Below, piece by piece: positions 30,996 to 41,556 of a stretch of 64,000 nt of DNA. Each line of letters opens with the position of its first letter. The first letter of the stretch is position 1. The notes beneath the pieces are model-generated. The model saw only the letters and a program-made list of their open reading frames with translations. It made no database searches and was not told the origin of the DNA. This DNA is from a bacterium. Lineage in GTDB: Bacteria; Patescibacteriota; Dojkabacteria; SC72. The stretch covers positions 84,456 through 148,455 of the forward strand of contig JALHDC010000001.1 of NCBI GenBank assembly GCA_022840695.1, in the 5' to 3' direction. Both the position numbers and the translations under genes were made by a program.

Positions 30996-32008
30996 GCATT
31001 CTTTAGAACATTCTTTGGTAATTCTTTATAATTCACTATTGTTATAAATGTCTGTTGCTTCTTTAAAGACTCATCATTAAAGATTAATTCTGTATTCTTC
31101 TGATCTAACTCCGAAGAAATATCATCAAGAAGCAAAATAGGGTAGAAACCTAACTTCTTGGCTATGATTTCCTGCTTTTTAAATATTAATTGCCCAATTG
31201 CCAATCTCTTCTCTCCTCTAGAACCAAACTTCTTTATATCCATACCATTAATTAACTCCCAATCATCCCTATGTGGTCCTACATTTGTATAACCTGTTGC
31301 AATATCTCTCTTCTTTGAGGACTCCAAAGCATCCTCAAGTGCAATATCTTTATTAGATTTTACATAATTAACTTTTAAATGATCAAAACAAAGATCTTTA
31401 CATATATTTATTCTTCGCTCCTGAATATCCTTCGAAACAGACAAAAATTCATTTGTCCAGAAATTAAGTTGTGGATCATTTCTTGCAATAATTCCTCTCT
31501 CATAAAAATCTTTAGACAATTTTTTAAGATATGCATTTCTCTGCCTCAGAACTTTTCTAAATACCTTTAGTTTATTCGAAAACTCATAATCTATAATGAC
31601 TATAGCCTCATCTATAAACTGTCTACGATTACTAGGGGATATCATTAAAATTTCAATTTGTTCAGGATTGAATATAGTAGAAGCGGTTTTTTCAAAGAAT
31701 TTTCTAGGAGTAGTTTTATGATTATTTATCTGAAATACCCTTTTAGAGGCATTTTTGAAATATGAATATGTATCTTGATCTATTGTCATCTCTATTCTGG
31801 AAAACTTCTCCTCTCCATCTTGATTGTTTGAAATGTATTCATCTGAAGATGCCCATGGAGAAAACCCATTGGTTATTAAATATATCGCCTCTAATATACT
31901 ACTTTTTCCTTTTCCATTATCACCATGTAAAACAATAATATCTTTTTCGATATCTATCTCTATGTTCTTAAATCTTCTGAAATTTGTTAACTTTATCTTC
32001 TCTATCAT
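30965..32008 (-). CDS. recF: DNA replication/repair protein RecF
   Basis: NFR, GDNGKGKSSILEAIY, QRNAYL, GPHRDD, GSRGEKR, LLLDDISSELD. Confidence 0.96.
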   Translation of the reverse strand: MIEKIKLTNFRRFKNIEIDIEKDIIVLHGDNGKGKSSILEAIYLITNGFSPWASSDEYISNNQDGEEKFSRIEMTIDQDTYSYFKNASKRVFQINNHKTTPRKFFEKTASTIFNPEQIEILMISPSNRRQFIDEAIVIIDYEFSNKLKVFRKVLRQRNAYLKKLSKDFYERGIIARNDPQLNFWTNEFLSVSKDIQERRINICKDLCFDHLKVNYVKSNKDIALEDALESSKKRDIATGYTNVGPHRDDWELINGMDIKKFGSRGEKRLAIGQLIFKKQEIIAKKLGFYPILLLDDISSELDQKNTELIFNDESLKKQQTFITIVNYKELPKNVLKNAQLIDLNSFE

Positions 32009-32009
32009 A

Positions 32010-33833
32010 CTAAGTCTTTAATATTGCTAAAAATGCTTCCTGTGGTAATGAAACCTGACCAACTTGTTTTAATCTCTTCTTTCCTTTTTTCTGTTTCTCT
32101 AGTAGCTTCTTTTTCCTTGAATAGTCACCTCCATACAGTTTTGCAGTTACATCTTTTCTAAAGGCTTTAACATCCTCTCTTGCAATGATTTTTGCTCCTA
32201 TGGAAGCTTGAATAGGTATCGGAAATTGTTGTCTTGGAATAGCTTTCTTCATCTCTTCTAATAATTTAACAGCCTTGCTTCTTGCCAATTCCCTTACCTC
32301 TAAAAAGTTAAGGGCACCAACCTCTTCGTGATTAACTAATACTGAAACTTTAACTACATCAGAAGGAAAAAAATCAATAAATTCATATTCCAGAGATGCA
32401 TATCCACTAGTAATATTTTTCATCTGATCAAAGAAGTTTGAGATTAATGAAGCTAACGGCATGTCATACTCCAGTATAATATATTGCTCTTTCATCTTAA
32501 TATTTTTTTCAGTACCTAAATATTTTGTATTCACATACTGACCTCTTTTTGTTTGACATAATTTCATTAAATCCCCAATATATTTATCTGGAGTGAGAAT
32601 CTCTGTTCTGACCCAAGGTTCTCGTATTTCTGAAATTTCTGTAGGATCGGGTAATTCATTAGGAGTTTGAACCTCTATCTCTTCTCCAGTTACTTTCTTA
32701 ACTCTGTATTCTACAGTTGGGGCTGTGATTATTAGACTTACATCGTATTCCCTCTCTAATCTTTCTTGGACAATTTCCATATGTAGCAATCCTAAAAACC
32801 CACATCTAAATCCAGATCCTAGCAAACTAGACCTCTGCTCTGTGAAGGTGAGGGAGGAATCATTAAGAGAAAGTTTCTTAAGTGCAACTCTTAGATCTTC
32901 GTAATATTCAGGATCTGTAGGGAAGAATGTTGCGAACATATTTGGTTTAGGAACTTTGTATCCATCAAGTGGTAGGGTATCTATTTTATTCGATACAGTA
33001 TCTCCTACTGTAAAATAACTAATATCTTTTAATCCTGTCGCTATGTATCCAACTTCCCCACATTTCAAAATATTTGTTTCTTTTAGATTTGGAGTAAATA
33101 TTCCAATTTCTGTTGGTCTAAAACTTTCTCCTCTTTGTATCATATAGAGGTTTGTTGGTTTGCCAGGGATGTGCTCTACTTGTCCATCAAAAACCCTAAC
33201 TGCAATTACGACACCCCTGTGCTCATCGTAGAAGGAATCAAATACTAGTGCTTTTAATGGCTTATTCTCTTCTCCTTCTGGAGCAGGGGATCTTGAAACA
33301 ATTGCATCTAAAAGCTGGTCTACATTTTCTCCTGTTTTTCCAGATACTTTTATAATTTCATCTTTAGAAAAACCGAGTAGACCTTCTATTTCTTTTTCTC
33401 TTTCCTCTATATTCACATATGGAATATCTATCTTATTTAATACCGGTATTATTTTAAGTCCCAAATCTAGTGCCTTTTTTGTGTTGGAAATTGTTTGAGC
33501 TTGTATTCCTTGACTTGCATCTACCAGAAGTATTGCAGACTCACAGGCAGCTAGTGATCTGGATACTTCGTAGGAAAAGTCTACATGTCCTGGAGTATCA
33601 ATTAGATTTAATTGGTATCCTTTCCAAATCATTCGGCAAGCCTGAAGCTTTATGGTTATACCTTTTTCTTGTTCAAGGTCTAGTCTATCTAGTACTCTCT
33701 CTTTTCGTTTCTCTCTAGATAGATCCGTATGGACTGCTTCTAGCATTCTGTCAGCTAGAGTAGATTTACCATGATCGATATGTGCGATTATGGAAAAATT
33801 TCTTATTTTGTTAATAGAATGGTCTTCTTGCAT
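32010..33833 (-). CDS. lepA: Elongation factor 4
   Basis: IRNFSIIAHIDHGKSTLADR, GFRCGFLGLLH, KLYGGD.SRKKKLLEKQK. Confidence 0.99.
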   Translation of the reverse strand: MQEDHSINKIRNFSIIAHIDHGKSTLADRMLEAVHTDLSREKRKERVLDRLDLEQEKGITIKLQACRMIWKGYQLNLIDTPGHVDFSYEVSRSLAACESAILLVDASQGIQAQTISNTKKALDLGLKIIPVLNKIDIPYVNIEEREKEIEGLLGFSKDEIIKVSGKTGENVDQLLDAIVSRSPAPEGEENKPLKALVFDSFYDEHRGVVIAVRVFDGQVEHIPGKPTNLYMIQRGESFRPTEIGIFTPNLKETNILKCGEVGYIATGLKDISYFTVGDTVSNKIDTLPLDGYKVPKPNMFATFFPTDPEYYEDLRVALKKLSLNDSSLTFTEQRSSLLGSGFRCGFLGLLHMEIVQERLEREYDVSLIITAPTVEYRVKKVTGEEIEVQTPNELPDPTEISEIREPWVRTEILTPDKYIGDLMKLCQTKRGQYVNTKYLGTEKNIKMKEQYIILEYDMPLASLISNFFDQMKNITSGYASLEYEFIDFFPSDVVKVSVLVNHEEVGALNFLEVRELARSKAVKLLEEMKKAIPRQQFPIPIQASIGAKIIAREDVKAFRKDVTAKLYGGDYSRKKKLLEKQKKGKKRLKQVGQVSLPQEAFLAILKT

Positions 33834-33876
33834 AAGGTGATTATATCCTAAGCAGACTTTAAGGAGTAGGGATATG

Positions 33877-33954
33877 CCTATAGAATATTAAGAATAAGTG
33901 AAAAACTATATATAGTGGTTGTCACATAGGGATTATTGACTACCTTTAACGTAA
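33877..33954 (-). repeat. Solo 78-bp arm of the inverted-element family
   Basis: Read on the minus strand: AATCC at offset 21-25, ACTATA at 39-44, TTAATATTCTATAGG at 64-78, matching the other four arms. Confidence 0.7.
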
Positions 33955-33979
33955 GGGTAACGTAAGGGTAATGCAAGGG
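33947..33979 (+). repeat. 11-bp tandem repeat x3
   Basis: TAACGTAAGGG TAACGTAAGGG TAATGCAAGGG. Confidence 0.85.
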
Positions 33980-34543
33980 TTAGATATCTTGTATTTTAAT
34001 ATCCATATCGTATTCCTCCGAGAATTGTACTCCCGAGAGATTCTCAATTGCTAGGAATACGGTTAATTTCTCGAAAGGTTGTATAGTAATTTCTTGTGTA
34101 TATGTATTTCCCTTACTATCCTGGAGTCTATATGATTTTTCATTAACTAGAAGAAATATGTTCGATTTTGTATTACTTAATGTCTGTCCTAAAAATGTTA
34201 ATTTGATTTCTGCATCATTTTTATTTTCTAATTCTATTATTGGTTTAGAGTAGTTATCTGAGGCTCTTTTGTTTAAGATTGCGGAGTATGTGTAATGTTC
34301 TTCATCTATCTTAGAAAGGTTTTCACTTGTAAAGACTTCGTGCTTACCTCCTACCAACGTAACTTTTACTCCATCTTGAGTGGTAACTCCCAATACATCT
34401 AGTTTCTTTAGCTGTTTTGTTAGTGGAGTCAGATTCATTACAGTTATGATTGGGATAATGAATAGGAGTGCCAATACACCTAAAGCAAAAGGTTCTAATA
34501 TTTGTGTAAATACTGTTTTTAAATTTTCTCTATTATTGGGCAT
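33980..34543 (-). CDS. Membrane-anchored hypothetical protein
   Basis: N-terminal TM, DVLGVTT motif, beta-rich C-terminal domain. Confidence 0.75.
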   Translation of the reverse strand: MPNNRENLKTVFTQILEPFALGVLALLFIIPIITVMNLTPLTKQLKKLDVLGVTTQDGVKVTLVGGKHEVFTSENLSKIDEEHYTYSAILNKRASDNYSKPIIELENKNDAEIKLTFLGQTLSNTKSNIFLLVNEKSYRLQDSKGNTYTQEITIQPFEKLTVFLAIENLSGVQFSEEYDMDIKIQDI

Positions 34544-34548
34544 AGCTA

Positions 34549-35097
34549 TTAATAATATCTGTTTTCCTTTGGATATATCTTATCAGTTTCTAATTCGAAT
34601 GTCTTCACTGTTCCCCATAGGCAGAAGAGTGATACAACTCCTGCAACTATGCCTGTCCATTGGTATGATATGTTTTGTAATGATTGGATAATTATTACTG
34701 CAGAGGAGATTATTAGGAAGGTACACCAGATAAATATTTGAAGAAATGTTGTGTCTTGTTTCGTTATCCATTTAAGTATATTTAGTTTTGTCATTTTCAC
34801 TACAGTTCTAGGATTTTGTAAGGAGGATTGATATATGGATGTCTTAATTATGAAATATATGGTTGGTAATGCTAGGATTATGAGCATTACAATATTTGAT
34901 ATGGAGTTAATGAATAGGGTAACATCGGGATTTGTAAAGAGTATTTGTATTGAAAACAATCCTTGTATATTGTTTTCAACAAAAAATTCCAAGTCATATA
35001 TAATACTTGGAATCATAATACCTAAGAACTTTCCAGCAATCATTAATATTGCTGGTGTTAACGATATTTTAAGAGCTCTTTTTAGCAGTTTTGACAT
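34549..35097 (-). CDS. Integral membrane hypothetical protein (about 4 TM)
   Basis: Hydrophobic segments; start overlaps the rpsT 3' end. Confidence 0.75.
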   Translation of the reverse strand: MSKLLKRALKISLTPAILMIAGKFLGIMIPSIIYDLEFFVENNIQGLFSIQILFTNPDVTLFINSISNIVMLIILALPTIYFIIKTSIYQSSLQNPRTVVKMTKLNILKWITKQDTTFLQIFIWCTFLIISSAVIIIQSLQNISYQWTGIVAGVVSLFCLWGTVKTFELETDKIYPKENRYY

Positions 35098-35365
35098 TAT
35101 CTTGGGACAGAGTTTTTAATTTTTTTGTAAGGTGAGACTTTGTTCTAGCAGCCTTACCTTTGTTTATAACATTTTTTCTAGCAGCTTTGTCAAGAACTTT
35201 GTAAACATTTTTAATGTTTTTCTCTGCATCAGGTTTCTTTCCTTCTGTTACTAGAGAATTCTGTTTCTTAACAGCCTTTTTTATTCTATTTCTGAGTCTG
35301 TCGTTATAAACTTTTCTTCTTTTGTTCTGTCTTAGATCTTTTATAGATGTTTTTAAATTTGGCAT
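35069..35365 (-). CDS. rpsT: 30S ribosomal protein S20
   Basis: MPNLKTS.K..RQ...R...N, LDKAA.K.VI.K.KAAR.KS.L. Confidence 0.95.
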   Translation of the reverse strand: MPNLKTSIKDLRQNKRRKVYNDRLRNRIKKAVKKQNSLVTEGKKPDAEKNIKNVYKVLDKAARKNVINKGKAARTKSHLTKKLKTLSQDNVKTAKKSS

Positions 35366-35457
35366 AAGAAGTTGTTAAATAAATGATTTCTAAGTCAAGG
35401 TATTATATATATTATACATTTATTTGTAAACATTATCTTTTGTGTTAAACTTGTATC

Positions 35458-35883
35458 ATGAGAGATGGTCAAAGATTAAAGATTTTTTTGAGTTTTATCT
35501 TTGTAATCTTAGTTTCAGTTTCAGCAGTAGTATATATATATTCAAGGGGCAAGAGAAATGCTGAAAAAGATTACAGTGAAGATGTTATGGGAGAAGAGGT
35601 TGTTTCTGGTGTTCCATATATAGTTACTCTTCCGCCTTTAGCTGCTTATGAAGGAGATGTTTATGAATACAGTATTCGTGTAGTTGATTCGGATACTAAG
35701 CAAGAGGACTTAACATTGGAATATTTGGAAGGACCTTCTTGGTTAGAGCTAAAGGATACGGTGTTGAGTGGTACAGTTCCATTGGGTAGTAGTGGAACCT
35801 ACAAGATTATTCTTAGGGTTTCAGATGGTTATAATACATCTTCTCAAGAGAATTATATTTTAATAGAGGAAAGAGATGATTAA
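35458..35883 (+). CDS. TM-anchored Ig/cadherin-like (He_PIG-type) protein
   Basis: N-terminal TM; YEY.I...DSD, GPSWL....LSGT.P, VSDG. Confidence 0.7.
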   Translation: MRDGQRLKIFLSFIFVILVSVSAVVYIYSRGKRNAEKDYSEDVMGEEVVSGVPYIVTLPPLAAYEGDVYEYSIRVVDSDTKQEDLTLEYLEGPSWLELKDTVLSGTVPLGSSGTYKIILRVSDGYNTSSQENYILIEERDD

Positions 35884-36286
35884 GGGTAATGTTTTTTATA
35901 TTTTAGGAGTAGTAGGGATAGTTGTAGTTTCGATAACATCGATTCTTTTGTTGACTAAGAATGCTGTTGGTTTCGATGTTGTGGGAATATCTTCTAGAGA
36001 TTGTGTTCCTTATAATGTTTTTATACAAAAGGGAGAAAAAAATTATTCTGCAGAGGTATCTTGGTCGACAAAAGCAGAGTGTGTTGGATTTGTTCAGTAT
36101 GGAAGGGATAGGTATAACCTTGATATGGTAGCTGTTGATTTGATGAATAAGAGTAAGTCAAAAGTACACAAAGTTACTTTGGATCAATTGATGAGTACTG
36201 AAATTTATTATTTCTTAATTAACTCTCAAGATCAGCCTTACGGTAATGAGGGTGTTCCTTTGGAGTTTGTATTAGAGAATCTTTAG
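35876..36286 (+). CDS. TM-anchored FN3/purple-acid-phosphatase-N-like protein
   Basis: VSWST...G.VQYG, H.VTL..L....YYF. Confidence 0.7.
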   Translation: MIKGNVFYILGVVGIVVVSITSILLLTKNAVGFDVVGISSRDCVPYNVFIQKGEKNYSAEVSWSTKAECVGFVQYGRDRYNLDMVAVDLMNKSKSKVHKVTLDQLMSTEIYYFLINSQDQPYGNEGVPLEFVLENL

Positions 36287-36291
36287 CTTTC

Positions 36292-38052
36292 CTATTTCTT
36301 CCTTATCTTCTTTAGTATTTTTGCTTCGAAGTATTTCTTTGGATTGAATATTTTCCATGAAGCTATCTCAACTTCTTTGTATAGACCAGATTCTACAAGT
36401 TTTTGAATGGCAATCTGTCCAAGTGGTCTTGAATATATATACCATCCAACTATTAAAGTAATTAATCCTGCGACAATCTTGCCTAATACTGAATCAAATA
36501 ATCCCGTACTTGGTGTAGTAGGAGTAGTTGGAGTTTCTGTATCTGGAAGGTCAGGGTCACTACAATCTTGAGCAACTTGTATAACATATTCAGCTCTAAG
36601 AGATGTTGGATCTGCAGGTATTTCTTTTGGTGTAATGATTACTTCATTTTGGTTTGATCCTGATAGGGCATTGGCTCCTGCTTGTGATTGGAAAATGATG
36701 GTTAGTGATTGTCCTGCACTTATATCCCAGCCACCTTCTTTTTGCCATACTATCTCTTTGGTATCTCCTACATCGGTAACTGTTACATATTCTGAATCTG
36801 TTACAGAAACACCGTTTATCTTGGATGAGTTTGTAACATATGTAAATCCAAGTGGTAATTTATCTTTTATAGATGTAATGCTTTGTTGTTGAGAACTACC
36901 GTTAGTAGCTGTTAATGTAAACTGAGCAACATTGTCAGGAGCTACTCTTTCTATACATGTGACATTGGATGTTTTACTTACTTTAAAATCAGATTCCTCT
37001 GTAGTTTGATTTTCCTCTTCTGATTCAGAATCTATTTTAGGTAAATTAAATGATCCTTCTACAGAACCAATTACTCCGGTACTGCCTCTAACTTCAGCTG
37101 TTATATCAATTGAACCTTCCAATCCGTCTAATTGTGAGAAACTTTTCTCCGTTCCAAAATTATCAGGATTGTATAAATCTTGTTCTAGTATGGTTATCTC
37201 TCCCTTAGATGAATCTACTGTAAATCCATCACTCATGAGAAGATCCGTAAGATTTTCACTAAAAGAGAACCTTATCGTTAATTCTTCATCATCCGATACA
37301 TTTCCAATACCTATTCGTATTCTTGATACCTTGTATACATCTGTATCTTTTCTTGTTAACACCTGTATTTCACTAAGTGTAGATGTCCCACCTTGCTCTA
37401 TTTCAATAAGTCTTCTACACAAAGGAGAATTGATCTGTTCTCCATTACTGTCTATACCAGTAGCTACAATGCTAATAGTAGAGCCAGTTAATTCAGTTAT
37501 CTCTTTTTTAATAGTTAATTTGTCTGGAGATATTACATCAGGATCAGCATCTTGGTTGTTAATTACAAATTTATGATTGGTATATTCTTTCTCAAATTTT
37601 GCTTCCACAGTTAATTTGTCTGAAGAAGAAACTTTCCCTGTTACAATCTTTCCATTACCATCTTTTATTGTCATCTCTGCACATCTTTTATCCTGTACAG
37701 TTTGTAATTGACATATCTGAAATAGGTCTTGTTTAGTACTACTATTCAAAAGATTAACAGATAGATCACTGGTTGAGCATGATGCTCTACAAACCTGATC
37801 GCTTGATACTGTTGCAGTCTTAAAGAGGAATCCTCTTCTTGGATCTCCACATTCAGATATTACAGCGGGATCAATATAGTAACAGGCACAAGTAACTTGA
37901 GAAGTGGCATCTTCCTTACCAGTATCTCCTATGGCATAAAAATATATTGCTGTTGCGAGTAATCCTAAACCTAAGAGTCCTACAAATATGAGTAAGATTA
38001 TAGTTGTTCTTTTCGGTTTTCTAGTAGTAGTAACTCTTCGAACCTCTTCCAT
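36292..38052 (-). CDS. Surface protein with DUF11-like domain and TPSTG-TM C-terminus
   Basis: N-terminal TM, Cys-rich segment, FKVSKT...FTLT.TN...I.DKLP.GF.YV..S, then TPSTG and a TM. Confidence 0.72.
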   Translation of the reverse strand: MEEVRRVTTTRKPKRTTIILLIFVGLLGLGLLATAIYFYAIGDTGKEDATSQVTCACYYIDPAVISECGDPRRGFLFKTATVSSDQVCRASCSTSDLSVNLLNSSTKQDLFQICQLQTVQDKRCAEMTIKDGNGKIVTGKVSSSDKLTVEAKFEKEYTNHKFVINNQDADPDVISPDKLTIKKEITELTGSTISIVATGIDSNGEQINSPLCRRLIEIEQGGTSTLSEIQVLTRKDTDVYKVSRIRIGIGNVSDDEELTIRFSFSENLTDLLMSDGFTVDSSKGEITILEQDLYNPDNFGTEKSFSQLDGLEGSIDITAEVRGSTGVIGSVEGSFNLPKIDSESEEENQTTEESDFKVSKTSNVTCIERVAPDNVAQFTLTATNGSSQQQSITSIKDKLPLGFTYVTNSSKINGVSVTDSEYVTVTDVGDTKEIVWQKEGGWDISAGQSLTIIFQSQAGANALSGSNQNEVIITPKEIPADPTSLRAEYVIQVAQDCSDPDLPDTETPTTPTTPSTGLFDSVLGKIVAGLITLIVGWYIYSRPLGQIAIQKLVESGLYKEVEIASWKIFNPKKYFEAKILKKIRKK

Positions 38053-38112
38053 AGAGGGCAGTCAAAAATTATTATATTACTAAAGTTTAATTAAATAGCG
38101 ATGTAGTGTCAA
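38053..38112 (-). promoter_or_regulatory. Promoter and CTGCC leader box for the DUF11 protein
   Basis: TTGACA(38112)-17-TAAACT(38089); CTGCC 4 nt before ATG. Confidence 0.7.
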
Positions 38113-38123
38113 TATGGAAAATT

Positions 38124-39065
38124 TTAAAGATAGGGGCATATCAATGTCAGCCCTAATTTTGCATCAACCTTACCTGTCTTTATTTGATAGTCCAGATTGG
38201 ATAATTTGGTGTAGAGTTTTATTAATTTTTCATTAGTATATTTCTGTGAAGACTTTACTAAAGCAGGAGTTGTAAATGGAGGAATTTTTAATATGGAAGA
38301 TATTTCTCTGTAATCTTTTCTTTTTCCTGAAAGAAATTTTGTTAAAGTTATCAATCTTAAATTTCTAACAAGCATAGATAGTATGTAATTTTCATCTACA
38401 GATTGTTTTGTTAATTTTTCTAATATTTCCATGCTAGTAACTCGATCTTCTTGATTTATGCTTTCTATTAAATCCCAAATATCTCTTTCTAATGTATCTG
38501 ATGTTAATTCTTCTAAATCTTCCCTTCTAATAACCATACTTGTACTATTTAACTTGAATTTCTTTATTTCATTCGCACATCTTTCTGGATCGTAATTAGT
38601 TCGTTCAGCCAATTCTTTTATAATTATTGGATCTATTTTAAGAGAATTTTTTTCTAATTCATCCCTTAACCATGAAAAAAAAGTTCTTTTGTTTAGTGCA
38701 TCTACTTCTTCTAAAGATTTATTCTCTTTGAAAAATTTATAATATTTTGTATTGGATTTTATCTTCTGATCTTCCCAAAATATTAATATATCATCACTAT
38801 TTTGATTCTTAAGAACGGAAAGTACTTCATCAATTAAAATAGATTTATCTTTGTTTCTATATATTCTTTTTAAAAAAAGTATTCTCTTTGTTGAGAAAAG
38901 GGAGGGAGAGGATATAGCATCCAAAACATCCTTTGTACTTTTATGATCGGCATCAAGTAGGATGAATGTGCTAGCAGGATGCTTCTTGTATAGCTCATCT
39001 ATATATTTATGTACTATCTCTAAGGAGAGATATGGTGATGTGCCGTGATATAGTTTGTATTCCAC
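38124..39065 (-). CDS. holA: DNA polymerase III delta subunit (GTG start)
   Basis: SPSLFS.KR, NEI.K, IWDL, I.SIL.IPPF, LS.LDYQIKTG. Confidence 0.88.
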   Translation of the reverse strand: MEYKLYHGTSPYLSLEIVHKYIDELYKKHPASTFILLDADHKSTKDVLDAISSPSLFSTKRILFLKRIYRNKDKSILIDEVLSVLKNQNSDDILIFWEDQKIKSNTKYYKFFKENKSLEEVDALNKRTFFSWLRDELEKNSLKIDPIIIKELAERTNYDPERCANEIKKFKLNSTSMVIRREDLEELTSDTLERDIWDLIESINQEDRVTSMEILEKLTKQSVDENYILSMLVRNLRLITLTKFLSGKRKDYREISSILKIPPFTTPALVKSSQKYTNEKLIKLYTKLSNLDYQIKTGKVDAKLGLTLICPYL

Positions 39066-39066
39066 T

Positions 39067-40524
39067 TTATTCCTCAGTTAATTCAATAGGTTGCCCTAAT
39101 AGGATTGTAACATCTTCTCCATTGAGATTTGAAGTAATGTATTCTGGTTTTTCTTTTGAATCTGCATCTAGAATTTTATTTAATTCTTTTATTGTTCCAG
39201 TATGATCCTCATCTTTAGAGTATATAACTGTACCTTGTTTATTTTGATATAGTGTACCTGCAAAAGTGATATTTAGGTAGGGGAATTTTTCAGTTATTTC
39301 TGTGGCAATCTCTTTAGCTTCATTAAATCCTAACCCTGTGTTGTATACCATTATTTTCGCATTTTCTGAATATAACTGTGGATACTGTTTTGCAAGTTGT
39401 ACAAACTCTATGATGTCTTCATAGTTGCCTAAACCTAATTTAGGTCCAATAGCATATGCACCACTTTCTAGACTCTTTGTTTCAACTAAGGAGTATCCTC
39501 CGACAGAAGGATCTAAGACAAAAGAGTATACATTCCCTTCATTTTTATCAAAATCTTTAAGTAGTTCGAAGGCTGCTTCTATGTCTTTAATTGTAAATTC
39601 TGAAACCTTGATATTCCCAGCTATGGAAGAAATTATGCTCATTACCGTTTTCGGGTTTGAAAGTGAATCATTGGATGTTAATTTCTCCTTAAGGGCTACA
39701 ATAACTTTTTGTTGTCTTCTTGCTCTTGCAAAATCAGTTCCTTCGTTATTCTGTGCTGAATGTCTAGATCTGGAATATATTAAAGCTGTAGCTCCATCCA
39801 TAGTTTGGGGACCAGCTTTAAAGGATACTGTTTTGTAACCATTTCCAGAAGGATACATATAGTCTGTGAAGTTATTTTCAACATTTATATCTACACCTCC
39901 TACAGCATCTACAATTTCTGCGAATGCTTTAAAATCAACCATTGCATAATACTGTATCTCTTGATCTGTTAATCTCTCAACACTTCTTTTTAAAGCTTGG
40001 ATACCTGTACCTTCTTTCTTGACTTCAGAACTAGCATATATACTATTTATTCTCACATACCACTTTACATCTTTATCTATTTCTACATGGAAATCTCTTG
40101 GTACGGATATCATTGTTACATCATGAGTCTCGTAATCGTAGGAAGCTAATATTATCGTGTCAGTATTGAGTAGGCCTCCACTTTCTCTGGTATCTATCCC
40201 TACTAACAGAATATTGGTATATCTTCCAGAGGAATCTTTTTTTAATTCTGTTTTTTGAGAAGAGATTAAGGAATTTGTATCTAATCTAAATCCCAATTCT
40301 TTTGAAAAGATATATCCTTTATATACTAGGAATCCGATTCCAAGCAAAACAATGAAAGTTATTGAAAGAAGGATTGTAGTAATTCTTCTATTTCTTTTTT
40401 TTCTTTGATCATTAGTGAGTGGTACTTTAACAGGTTTCTGTTTTTTCTTAACAGGGTTTTCATTAAGAGGAATCTGTATCCCCTTGTTTAAATTACTATC
40501 TTTTAAATCAATATCTATTGTCAT
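39067..40524 (-). CDS. LCP (LytR-CpsA-Psr) family protein with LytR_C domain
   Basis: NILLVGID, NTDTI, SVPRD, VDAVGGV, SRSR, DFARARRQQ. Confidence 0.93.
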   Translation of the reverse strand: MTIDIDLKDSNLNKGIQIPLNENPVKKKQKPVKVPLTNDQRKKRNRRITTILLSITFIVLLGIGFLVYKGYIFSKELGFRLDTNSLISSQKTELKKDSSGRYTNILLVGIDTRESGGLLNTDTIILASYDYETHDVTMISVPRDFHVEIDKDVKWYVRINSIYASSEVKKEGTGIQALKRSVERLTDQEIQYYAMVDFKAFAEIVDAVGGVDINVENNFTDYMYPSGNGYKTVSFKAGPQTMDGATALIYSRSRHSAQNNEGTDFARARRQQKVIVALKEKLTSNDSLSNPKTVMSIISSIAGNIKVSEFTIKDIEAAFELLKDFDKNEGNVYSFVLDPSVGGYSLVETKSLESGAYAIGPKLGLGNYEDIIEFVQLAKQYPQLYSENAKIMVYNTGLGFNEAKEIATEITEKFPYLNITFAGTLYQNKQGTVIYSKDEDHTGTIKELNKILDADSKEKPEYITSNLNGEDVTILLGQPIELTEE

Positions 40525-40545
40525 ACCCAGAGTAAATAGATTAGA

Positions 40546-41556
40546 TTATCTAAGGTATTTATTTACATTACTATTATGTTCATCCAAAGTTCTTCCATAA
40601 TGTGGATTCCCATCAGTATCATGAATGTAATAGTAGTATGCGGACTCTACGGGTTCCCATACAGCTTTTATGGATTGAAGTCCTGGATTACATATTGGGG
40701 TAGGAGGTAATCCTATCTTTTTATATGTGTTGTAGGGATTATCATCATCTTTATCTTGAGCTGTTATAGTATGTTTCCAATCTTTTACAGGATATAGTAG
40801 GGTAGCATCGGTTTGTAAAAGCCATCCTTCGTTGAATCTTTTTATTATAATTCCTGCAATTGTTGGCCTATCATTTCCATTATATCCCTCTCTTTCTACT
40901 ATACTGGCTAAGATTATATCTTGATATGAATATTCATCTCCTACCTTTGTTTTAAAATTCTCCACTAAAATTTCTATTACTCCTCTACTATCTATTTCTC
41001 TAGGGAATGCATATCTATCTGGAAAAAGAAAACCCTCAAGATCTGAGACATTTACAGCAAGCCCTAGGCTTTCTATGAATGTCGTATCCGTTGTTAAAGA
41101 AAGAAATTCAGATATACTGAAATTTGATGGAGTATATTTACCAAGTTCATTACCCACTATCTGTGCAATTTCATCCTTCCTCAATCCTTCCGGTATTAAA
41201 ATCCAAACATCTTGGCTCCTTCCTGATTGTAATGCATCTATGAGTTCTTTTAGTGAGAGATTCTTCGGTAATTCATATACTCCTGCCTGTAACCTAGTTC
41301 CTAAATCATTTATTCTTAAATAGAATTTGGCATAGTATACAAATCTCTCTTTCAAAAGATCACTCTCTACAAGTGAATCAAGAATATTTTGTACTGTTTC
41401 TCCCTCTTTAATTTCTATTATGCTTTTTTCCTCAGAATCTGAATTAGGATTGGAAAGTGCTCTGTCATAGTCTAGTTTAATCACACCTAGAAAAACGAAG
41501 AGTATGAGAACTAACATAATTGGGACTTTAGAGAACAAATTATTACCTTTATTCAT
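40546..41556 (-). CDS. mltG: Endolytic transglycosylase MltG
   Basis: IPEGLR, LEGFLFPD.Y, ASIVERE, LQTDAT, PYNTY...GLPPTPICNPG. Confidence 0.96.
   Translation of the reverse strand: MNKGNNLFSKVPIMLVLILFVFLGVIKLDYDRALSNPNSDSEEKSIIEIKEGETVQNILDSLVESDLLKERFVYYAKFYLRINDLGTRLQAGVYELPKNLSLKELIDALQSGRSQDVWILIPEGLRKDEIAQIVGNELGKYTPSNFSISEFLSLTTDTTFIESLGLAVNVSDLEGFLFPDRYAFPREIDSRGVIEILVENFKTKVGDEYSYQDIILASIVEREGYNGNDRPTIAGIIIKRFNEGWLLQTDATLLYPVKDWKHTITAQDKDDDNPYNTYKKIGLPPTPICNPGLQSIKAVWEPVESAYYYYIHDTDGNPHYGRTLDEHNSNVNKYLR

Noticed and set aside
33947-33979. Tandem repeat as a CRISPR or iteron array
   Set aside because: An 11-bp unit with no spacers, and no cas or rep gene in the window.
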